A stretch of 32,000 bases of DNA from Candidatus Sericytochromatia bacterium (GTDB taxonomy: Bacteria; Actinomycetota; Actinomycetes; Mycobacteriales; Mycobacteriaceae). The translations under genes and the position numbers were made by a program. Shown here in pieces: positions 25,182 to 32,000 of the stretch. The stretch spans positions 35,135 through 67,134 of the forward strand of contig JBLNEK010000005.1 in NCBI GenBank assembly GCA_050262635.1, in the 5' to 3' direction. The notes below the pieces were generated by a model that ran no database searches, was not told where the DNA came from, and saw nothing but the letters and a program-made list of their open reading frames with translations. Numbering within the stretch: the stretch's first letter is position 1; every line of letters begins with the position of its first letter.

Positions 25182-25781
25182 ATGAACATGAAGATAGCGG
25201 CCGCTGCTGCGGCGCTGCTGCTATGCACGTTGACAGCGTGCGGCAGTGCCGACAAGAGCGCGAACAGCACACCGGGTTCCACGACAGATGCCACGACGGC
25301 AACCACGACGACCTCGCCGCCACCGGCCCCGGCGCCGTTCGCGTTGAGCAGTCCCGCCTTCGCCGACAACACACCGATTCCGGCCGAATTCTCCTGCAAC
25401 GGCCGCAACGTCCCTCCGCCGCTGCGTTGGGAGAATGTGCCGGCGGGCGCGGAGTCGCTGGCGCTGGTTCTCGATGACCCCGACGCGGTGGGTGGCCTCT
25501 ACATTCACTGGGTCGTGACCGGGATCCCGCGCGACGTTGCCGAGATCGTGGACGGTGCACTGCCTCCGGGCGCTCGGGTCGGGCTCAATTCGGGTGGCAA
25601 GGCGGCATACCTGGGTCCATGCCCGCCGACTGGCACGGGTGTGCATCACTACCGATTCCAGCTGTACGCGATCGGTAAGCCGTTGACGGTGACGGACACC
25701 ATGGCGGCCGCCGAGGCGACCCGCGCCATCGCTGACGCGGCCATCGCCGACGTCCGCGTCGTCGGGTTGTTCAGCGGCTGA
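25182..25781 (+). CDS. YbhB/YbcL-family PEBP (Raf-kinase-inhibitor-like) lipoprotein
   Basis: ATG 25182 lies 10 nt after GAGGAG. Signal peptide plus lipobox [13 protein letters not shown] core LVLDDPDA...[10 protein letters not shown]...[19 protein letters not shown]. Confidence 0.85.
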   Translation: MNMKIAAAAAALLLCTLTACGSADKSANSTPGSTTDATTATTTTSPPPAPAPFALSSPAFADNTPIPAEFSCNGRNVPPPLRWENVPAGAESLALVLDDPDAVGGLYIHWVVTGIPRDVAEIVDGALPPGARVGLNSGGKAAYLGPCPPTGTGVHHYRFQLYAIGKPLTVTDTMAAAEATRAIADAAIADVRVVGLFSG

Positions 25782-25807
25782 GGACGGCTTGGCTCAGGTG
25801 GTCGGCC

Positions 25808-26431
25808 ATGGACGTTCGGGTGGTCGACCATCCGTTGGCCGCCGTGCGGCTGACCGCGCTGCGTGACGAGCGCACCGACAACGCGGCATTCCGCGCAGCG
25901 CTGCGTGACCTGACGCTGATGCTCGTGTACGAGGCGACGCGCGACGCGCCGACCGAGACGGTGCCCGTGCGCACGCCGCTGGCCGACACCACCGGGTGCC
26001 GCCTGGCCAAGCCGCCACTGCTGGTGCCGGTGCTGCGCGCCGGGCTGGGGATGGTCGACCAGGCGCATGCGCTGATCCCGGAGGCGCAGGTTGGATTCGT
26101 CGGGGTCGCGCGTGACGAGCAAACGCACTTGCCCACACCGTATTTGGATTCCTTGCCCGACGACCTCGACGGCCAGCCGGTGATGGTGCTGGACCCGATG
26201 TTGGCCACTGGCGGCTCGATGGCACACACCGTAGAGCTGCTGAAGACACGTGGGGCAACAGACATCACGGCGGTGTGCGTGGTGGTGGCGCCGGAGGGCC
26301 TCGCGAAGATGGAGCAGCTGGCGCCGGAGATGCGGGTGTTCACTGCGACAGTCGACGAGCGGCTGAACGAAATCGCCTACATTGTCCCAGGTTTGGGCGA
26401 TGCCGGCGACCGTCAGTTCGGGCCGCGCTGA
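25808..26431 (+). CDS. upp: Uracil phosphoribosyltransferase
   Basis: [23 protein letters not shown]..., PRPP-binding loop [13 protein letters not shown], and C-terminal [15 protein letters not shown]. Confidence 0.95.
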   Translation: MDVRVVDHPLAAVRLTALRDERTDNAAFRAALRDLTLMLVYEATRDAPTETVPVRTPLADTTGCRLAKPPLLVPVLRAGLGMVDQAHALIPEAQVGFVGVARDEQTHLPTPYLDSLPDDLDGQPVMVLDPMLATGGSMAHTVELLKTRGATDITAVCVVVAPEGLAKMEQLAPEMRVFTATVDERLNEIAYIVPGLGDAGDRQFGPR

Positions 26432-27969
26432 AGCAGCGCGATCGCCTCCCGGCGCATTTGCTCGCAGAGAATGTCCGCACGACGTCGCGCAGCGGCGAGG
26501 CCGTCCTCGGGTGACAGCCGAATCTCGATGTAGCCTTTGAGCTTTGGTTCGGTGCCTGACGGCCGGACCGCTAGGCGCGCACCGTCGCAGGTGAGAATCA
26601 GCACGTCGGCGCGGCTCCCGACGGTGACGTCGAGCCCACCGAGTTTGGTCGGTGGGTGTTCACGCAACCGGGACATCCGTGCGGCGGCGTTGTCGGTGCG
26701 CACAGTGATCGCCGCGGTGACATGCACGCCGTGCCTACGGGCCAGATCATCGAGTGCGTCGGGCATCGAACGGCCTCTGGCTTTCAGGCTTGCCGCCAAG
26801 TCGCAGCACAACACCGCCGCGCTGATCCCGTCCTTGTCGCGGACCGCCTGGGGGTCGACGCAGTGCCCGATCGCCTCCTCATAGGCATAGACGAGGTCGT
26901 CGCCGGCCGCGCGGGCCAACCACTTGAAGCCGGTCAACGTCTCGACGTGGCGGGCACCGTACTCGGCGGCGATCGAAGCGAGCATCTGCGACGACACCAC
27001 CGTGCTCGCGACGACGGCACCCGGCTTTGCGCTCTGCAGGATGTAATCGCCTAAGAGCCAACCGGTTTCGTCGCCGGACAGCATCCGCCAGCCCGCGTTC
27101 ACAGGTATGCCGATCGCACAGCGGTCGGCATCGGGGTCCAGCGCCACCGCTAGGTCGGCGTCGACGCCGGCGGCGAGCTCGAGCAGGGCGTCCACCGCGC
27201 CGGGTTCCTCGGGATTCGGGAAAGCGACGGTGGGGAAATCCGGGTCGGGCGCGAGTTGGCTTGCCACTGTGTGCACGTCGGTGAACCCGGCGCGCCGCAG
27301 CGCCTCCACCGCGACCGTTCCGCCGACGCCGTGCAATGCGGTGAGCGCCACCCGCACCGAGCCCGAACCACGCGGCACCGCGGCCGCGCGTTGCAGGTAA
27401 TTCTCGAGAACGGCGGATCCAGTGGGAGTGACTGGGGTACGAGCGATTTCGTCGGCGTACGGGGCTTGGGCAATCGCGGCTTCGATCTCACGGTCAGCCG
27501 GGGAGATTATCTGCATGCCGCCATCGAGGTAGACCTTGTAGCCGTTGTCAGAGGCCGGGTTGTGGGACGCGGTGATCTGCACGCCTGCGACTGCGCCGGA
27601 CTGCCGGACGGCGAACGCCAGTACTGGTGTCGGCAACGCCTCATCGAAGAGTGTCACCGAAAATCCTCGGGCGGCGAGCACTTCGGCAGTGGCAACGGCG
27701 AACTGGCGGGATCGGTGCCGGGCGTCGAAGCCGACGTAGACGGATGCGGGCTCCTTCAGAAACCGAGCCAGCGCCCACGTTGCACGCAACACCACGGCCA
27801 GGTTCATTCCCGTCGGCCCGGCACGCATCGGCCCGCGTAGCCCGGCGGTGCCGAATGTCAGCGCACTGCTGAACCGTGCAGCGAGTTCGTCGGGCGAACA
27901 AGCGGACAACTCGGCCGCGTCATCGGGATCGGGGTCGTGGGCGATCCACTCCTGCGGCGTCACGGCCAC
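26413..27969 (-). CDS. pmmB: Phospho-sugar mutase (PmmB-like phosphomannomutase/phosphopentomutase-type)
   Basis: GTG start. Alpha-D-phosphohexomutase active-site loop [19 protein letters not shown] and metal loop ALDPDADRC. Its 3' end overlaps the upp 3' end convergently by 19 nt. Same neighbours as Rv3308. Confidence 0.9.
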   Translation of the reverse strand: MAVTPQEWIAHDPDPDDAAELSACSPDELAARFSSALTFGTAGLRGPMRAGPTGMNLAVVLRATWALARFLKEPASVYVGFDARHRSRQFAVATAEVLAARGFSVTLFDEALPTPVLAFAVRQSGAVAGVQITASHNPASDNGYKVYLDGGMQIISPADREIEAAIAQAPYADEIARTPVTPTGSAVLENYLQRAAAVPRGSGSVRVALTALHGVGGTVAVEALRRAGFTDVHTVASQLAPDPDFPTVAFPNPEEPGAVDALLELAAGVDADLAVALDPDADRCAIGIPVNAGWRMLSGDETGWLLGDYILQSAKPGAVVASTVVSSQMLASIAAEYGARHVETLTGFKWLARAAGDDLVYAYEEAIGHCVDPQAVRDKDGISAAVLCCDLAASLKARGRSMPDALDDLARRHGVHVTAAITVRTDNAAARMSRLREHPPTKLGGLDVTVGSRADVLILTCDGARLAVRPSGTEPKLKGYIEIRLSPEDGLAAARRRADILCEQMRREAIALLQRGPN

Positions 27970-28041
27970 GATTGTGCTACGGACGCGACCGTGATCGACC
28001 GTGGTCTGCCCGTCGTGACGCAGGATGCCGACTTCGACGAG
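27967..28041 (+). pseudogene. Remnant of a PIN-domain (VapC) toxin C-terminus
   Basis: The frame reads [25 protein letters not shown], matching the conserved VapC C-terminal pattern (D-x-x-I/A-A-x-A-...-P-L/V-V-T-x-D-x-DF). No N-terminal part exists, because it would overlap the pmmB start, and there is no nearby stop. Confidence 0.4.
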
Positions 28042-28460
28042 AGTGAGCGCGCGTGTCGTACTACCCCGTCATCGGGGCGTGAAACCGACTCGGCGAACGG
28101 ACGCCAGCGTGCAGAGTCGTTGCAGCAGGCGGGCGCGGGAGACCGCGAGAACGCCTCTACAGACGGCGACGCTGCCGGTGTCCACCCCTTCGGCTGGACG
28201 TACATGCGGCCTCAGCGGGGACCCAGCGCGTGTGCTGGACACCGGCACTATGACCCCAAGCCCCGTGTGTAGCTCGTCGGCTGAGACAACGACGGCTGGC
28301 CGGTGCTTGCGAGGCTCTCAGGCGCGAGCGGCACCATGGCTACCAGGCAAAGCTCACCGCGGCGCGGATCAGCCAACGCCGTCGCCGACCGTCCGGTCCC
28401 ATTCTCGATCTTCGTCGTGTACCGCCGGCGTTGTGGCGTCCTTCTGCCGGCCACTGGTCG

Positions 28461-29252
28461 TCAGATAGACCCGACCACCGAGGCCAGCAGCTCACCCATC
28501 CGCGCCGCCGAGTGACGGCCGGTCGAGAGCACCTCGTCGTGGCTGATCGGATCACCCGTGATGCCTGCGGCCATGTTCGTCACCAGCGACAGGCCGAGCA
28601 CTTCGAGCCCTTCGGCCCGCGCGGCGATGGTTTCGTGCACTGTCGACATACCCACCAGGTCCGCGCCAAGCGTGCGCAGCATCCGGATCTCGGCCGGCGT
28701 CTCGTACTGCGGACCCAGCAGACCGGCATAGACGCCCTCCGCCAGCGTGGGTTCGACGTCGCGCGCCAAAGCACGCAGCCGTGGCGAGTACGCATCCACC
28801 ATGTCGACGAACTGCGACCCCACCAGCGGCGACCGGCCGGTCAGATTGAGGTGGTCGGCGATCAGCACCGGCTGCCCGACGTGATAATCGTCCCGGATGG
28901 CCCCGGCCGCGTTCGTCAGCACCAAGGCACGCACCCCGGCCGCGGCTGCCGTGCGAACGGGATGCACGATGTGTCGCAGGTCCAACCCCTCGTAGGCATG
29001 AATTCGACCGAGCATCAACAGAATTCGCGCATTGGACACCATGACGGAGGACACGCTGCCCTGATGTCCCTCCGCGGTGGGGCCCTTGAATCCCGGCAGC
29101 TCGGCCACGTCGAACGTCACGGTGGCCTCGCCGAACGCGTCGGCGGCCGGCGCCCAGCCCGACCCGATCACCACCGCGACGTCGTGTTTGCGTACGCCGG
29201 TGTGCTCGGCGATCGCCGCGGCCGCCTGTCTTGCCAGCTCATCCCGAGTCAC
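28461..29252 (-). CDS. deoD: Purine nucleoside phosphorylase (PunA/DeoD of mycobacteria)
   Basis: GTG 29252 gives [19 protein letters not shown]...VVIGSGW...GRIHAYEG...VLTNAAG...[28 protein letters not shown]. Trimeric PNP family. The upstream part of the 445-aa ORF is a GC artefact. Confidence 0.9.
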   Translation of the reverse strand: MTRDELARQAAAAIAEHTGVRKHDVAVVIGSGWAPAADAFGEATVTFDVAELPGFKGPTAEGHQGSVSSVMVSNARILLMLGRIHAYEGLDLRHIVHPVRTAAAAGVRALVLTNAAGAIRDDYHVGQPVLIADHLNLTGRSPLVGSQFVDMVDAYSPRLRALARDVEPTLAEGVYAGLLGPQYETPAEIRMLRTLGADLVGMSTVHETIAARAEGLEVLGLSLVTNMAAGITGDPISHDEVLSTGRHSAARMGELLASVVGSI

Positions 29253-29286
29253 GCTCAGGGACTTTAGCCCGCAATGCGATACTTCG

Positions 29287-30483
29287 ATGATGCCCGCCAC
29301 CTCGCCGCCGCCGCCCGCCCGGGAGCGGACGGCCACTGCCGACGTGGCGCAACGAGTGGTCGAGGACCGTCGCAACGACCTGATCGCGCTCTCCCACGAC
29401 ATCCACGCCGAGCCCGAACTCGCGTTCGCCGAACATCGCAGCTGCGCCAAGACCCGGGCTCTGGTTAAAGAGCGCGGTTTCGAGATCACCACGGCGCCCG
29501 CCGGCCTGGACACCGCCTTCCGTGCCGACTTCGGTAGCGGCGACCTCACCGTCGCGGTCTGCGCCGAGTACGACGCACTGCCCGGCATCGGACATGCCTG
29601 CGGGCACAACATCATTGCCGCCTCCGCGGTCGGCGCGGCACTCGCTCTGGCGGAGGTCGCCGAGGAGCTGAAACTCACCGTCGTGCTGATGGGAACGCCG
29701 GCCGAGGAGGCTGGCGGTGGAAAAGCGTTGCTGCTCAACGGCGGAGCCTTCGACGACGTCGACGCGGCCGTCATGGTGCACCCTGGGCCAGCCGACATCG
29801 CGGCCGCCCGGTCGCTGGCGCTGGCCGAGGTGACGGTGGACTATCGCGGCCACGAGTCGCACGCGTCGGTGGCTCCTCACCTCGGCGTCAACGCCGCGGA
29901 CGCCGCGACCATCGCGCAGGTGGCCATCGGGCTGCTGCGCCAGCACCTCGCACCCGGACAGCAGGTGCACGGCATCATCACCGACGGCGGTGGGGCCCCG
30001 AACGTCATCCCCGGACACGCGGCGATGCGGTACTACATGCGCGCCACCGGCAAGGAGTCGCTGGCCGGCCTTCAGCACCGCGTCGCCGACTGCTTTCGAG
30101 CCGGCGCGCTGGCCACCGGCAGCCAGTGCCGCATCGAACCGAGCGGACCGGCCTACGACGAACTGAAGCCAGACCCCTGGCTTTCGAACGTTTTTCGCGA
30201 CGAGATGGCCCGACGCGGCCGCACACCGCTGTCCGCGGAGCTGGAAACCGCGCTGCCACTCGGAAGTACGGACATGGGCAACGTCACCCAGGCGATGCCC
30301 GCCATCCATCCGGTGGTGGGGGTCGACGCGGGCGGCGCGTCGCTGCACCAGCCGGAGTTCACCGCGGTGGCGGCCTCTCCGAGCGGCGACGAAGCCGTGA
30401 TCGACGGAGCAATAATGTTGGCGTGCACCGTCATTCGCCTTGCGGAAACACCGGAACAGCGAAACCGGGTGGTCACCGCATGA
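29287..30483 (+). CDS. amiB1: M20-family amidohydrolase (AmiB1-like)
   Basis: ATG 29287. ...[14 protein letters not shown]..., metal ligands [18 protein letters not shown]. Its stop overlaps the next gene's start (ATGA at 30480-30483). Position matches Rv3306c. Confidence 0.85.
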   Translation: MMPATSPPPPARERTATADVAQRVVEDRRNDLIALSHDIHAEPELAFAEHRSCAKTRALVKERGFEITTAPAGLDTAFRADFGSGDLTVAVCAEYDALPGIGHACGHNIIAASAVGAALALAEVAEELKLTVVLMGTPAEEAGGGKALLLNGGAFDDVDAAVMVHPGPADIAAARSLALAEVTVDYRGHESHASVAPHLGVNAADAATIAQVAIGLLRQHLAPGQQVHGIITDGGGAPNVIPGHAAMRYYMRATGKESLAGLQHRVADCFRAGALATGSQCRIEPSGPAYDELKPDPWLSNVFRDEMARRGRTPLSAELETALPLGSTDMGNVTQAMPAIHPVVGVDAGGASLHQPEFTAVAASPSGDEAVIDGAIMLACTVIRLAETPEQRNRVVTA

Positions 30484-32000
30484 GCCTCGCGGACACCTCA
30501 GAATCCTGGCTGGCGGCACACTACGACGACCTGGTCGGCTGGCGCCGGCACATCCACGCCCACCCGGAGCTGGGCCGTCAAGAGTTCGCCACCACACAGT
30601 TCGTCGCCACGCTGCTGGCCGAAGCCGGACTCAACCCGAAGGTGCTGCCCGCCGGCACCGGACTGACCTGCGACATCGGCCCCGACCACCTGCCCAAGAT
30701 CGCGCTGCGGGCCGACATGGACGCGCTGCCCATGCCGGAGCGCACCCGCGCGCCGTACTCGTCGGAAGTGCCGGGCGTCGCGCACGCCTGCGGCCACGAC
30801 GCGCACACTGCGATGCTGCTTGGCACTGCACTCGCGCTGGCGCAGGCACCGGAACTCCCGGTGAGTGTTCGATTGATCTTCCAGCCCGCCGAGGAGTTGA
30901 TGCCCGGTGGCGCGATCGACGCGATCGCCGCCGGGGTGCTGGCCGGCGTGTCGCGGATCTTCGCGCTGCACTGCGACCCCCGGCTCGAGGTCGGACGGGT
31001 GGCCACGACACCCGGGCCGATCACGTCGGCGTCGGATTCCATTGAGATCTCGCTGCATTCGCCCGGCGGGCACACGGCGCGTCCACACCTGACGGCCGAC
31101 CTCATCTACGGCATCGGCACCCTGATCACCGGCCTGCCCGGTGTGCTCTCCCGGCGCATCGACCCACGCAACAGCACCGTGATGGTGTGGGGTGCGGTGA
31201 ACGCCGGGTTGGCGCCCAATGCGATACCGCAGAACGGCGTGCTGGCCGGAACCGTCCGCACCGCAAGCCACGCCACCTGGCTGACGCTGGAAAAGCTCGT
31301 CCGAGAAACCGTCGCATCGATGCTGGCGCCGCTGGGCATCGAGCATTCGCTGCAATACCGCCGCGGGGTGCCGCCGGTGGTCAACGAGGAGGTCTCGACA
31401 CGCATCCTCACCCACGCGATCGAAGCCGTCGGTCCCGACGTGCTGGCCGAGACACGCCAGTCCGGCGGCGGCGAGGACTTCAGCTGGTACCTCGAAGAGG
31501 TGCCGGGCGCGATGGCGAGGCTCGGGGTGTGGTCGGGTCGCGGGCCTCAACTCGATTTGCACCAGCCGACATTCGACCTCGACGAGCGGGCGATGGCGGT
31601 CGGGCCGAGCGAGGTGCTGTTCGAGCTCCACAAGCTCGCGGCCTCGCGTGGTGAAGAGGATCAGGCGAAGGAGCTCCTCGAGTCCGCGATGGAGTCCGCG
31701 ATCCAGTCCGACGCCAACGTGCGCCGGCTGCGCCGCAGCCTGCTCGCGCACGGCGAGGGCCAGCGCCTGATCGAGGTCCTCGAGAAGCGGCTCGCGACGA
31801 ACCCCGAGGCGCAGAGCCAAGCGCGCCTGCTCGGCGATATGGCCGAGGCGCTCGACCAGCACATGAATCGCCCGGCCGACGCCCTCGAAGCGTTGATCAA
31901 GGCGATCAACGCCGTGCCCGGTCGCACCGATCTGCACGACAAGGCGCGCGAGCTCGCAAAGCGGAACGGCGCGACGAAGAAGTTCGTCGATGCCGTCGAG
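30480..32000 (+). CDS. amiA1: M20-family N-acyl-L-amino-acid amidohydrolase (AmiA1-like) to ~31605, then in-frame TPR-like helical sequence, open to the window end
   Basis: My own translation; this ORF is not in the track because no stop occurs before 32000. [36 protein letters not shown]...VAHACGHDAHTAML...FQPAEELMPGGA...GGGEDFSWYLEEVPGAMARLGVW...LHQPTFDLDERAMAVG, then PSEVLFELHKLAASRGEEDQAKELLESAM... Confidence 0.8.
   Translation, partial: MSLADTSESWLAAHYDDLVGWRRHIHAHPELGRQEFATTQFVATLLAEAGLNPKVLPAGTGLTCDIGPDHLPKIALRADMDALPMPERTRAPYSSEVPGVAHACGHDAHTAMLLGTALALAQAPELPVSVRLIFQPAEELMPGGAIDAIAAGVLAGVSRIFALHCDPRLEVGRVATTPGPITSASDSIEISLHSPGGHTARPHLTADLIYGIGTLITGLPGVLSRRIDPRNSTVMVWGAVNAGLAPNAIPQNGVLAGTVRTASHATWLTLEKLVRETVASMLAPLGIEHSLQYRRGVPPVVNEEVSTRILTHAIEAVGPDVLAETRQSGGGEDFSWYLEEVPGAMARLGVWSGRGPQLDLHQPTFDLDERAMAVGPSEVLFELHKLAASRGEEDQAKELLESAMESAIQSDANVRRLRRSLLAHGEGQRLIEVLEKRLATNPEAQSQARLLGDMAEALDQHMNRPADALEALIKAINAVPGRTDLHDKARELAKRNGATKKFVDAVE

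Noticed and set aside
28025-28468. ORFs of 68-147 codons in the deoD-pmmB spacer (28025-28468(+), 28248-28454(-), 28303-28515(+)).
   Set aside because: The translations are Arg/Ser/Pro-rich without motifs, and no frame shows the strong third-position GC bias seen in real genes here. Only the short PIN-like relic at 27967-28041 is recognisable.
1-32000. Search for tRNA, rRNA, CRISPR arrays, IS elements/transposases, integrases or phage genes that would define the accessory stretch as a mobile element.
   Set aside because: None was recognised on either strand. The only repeats found are the short ones listed: the 11-bp duplication, the 27-bp coding repeats, the secA-tail duplication and the TA operators.

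Overview
High-GC actinobacterial DNA, almost certainly a Mycobacterium chromosome. The backbone is the nucleoside-salvage block that I recall as Rv3305c-Rv3314c in M. tuberculosis H37Rv (deoA, add, Rv3311-like, upp, pmmB, deoD, amiB1, amiA1), here in inverted orientation. Two insertions interrupt it. The first lies between add and the Rv3311 homologue and holds a GlgX-type debranching enzyme plus an MBL-rhodanese/TauE sulfur pair. The second is an ~18 kb accessory stretch (about 7.36-25.8 kb) between the Rv3311 homologue and upp.

The accessory stretch contains:
- an Nramp-related transporter with the Mg2+-type D-G-T-A site, translationally coupled to a PRC-barrel/MgtE-N protein;
- two paralogous Chp-like PE-PPE-domain serine hydrolases with long disordered tails;
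- two decayed genes: yihY with an 11-bp tandem duplication and 5' truncation, and a LipQ-like esterase with a 1-nt frameshift;
- a lipoprotein and a DUF2510 membrane protein;
- a complete but divergent SecA1-type ATPase outside its usual neighbourhood;
- two VapBC modules with leaderless-looking promoters, the first bracketed by a duplicated copy of the secA 3' end;
- a tight four-gene minus-strand operon: TspO-like, GAP/Sap-like, EspC-like, and a WXG-like/C40 peptidase with no signal peptide.

At about 31.6 kb the amiA1 homologue loses its expected C-terminus and reads in frame into TPR-like helical-repeat sequence to the window edge. I recognised no rRNA, tRNA, CRISPR, transposase or integrase. 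All family assignments rest on reading the translated ORFs and on recalled family motifs; no database search was possible.
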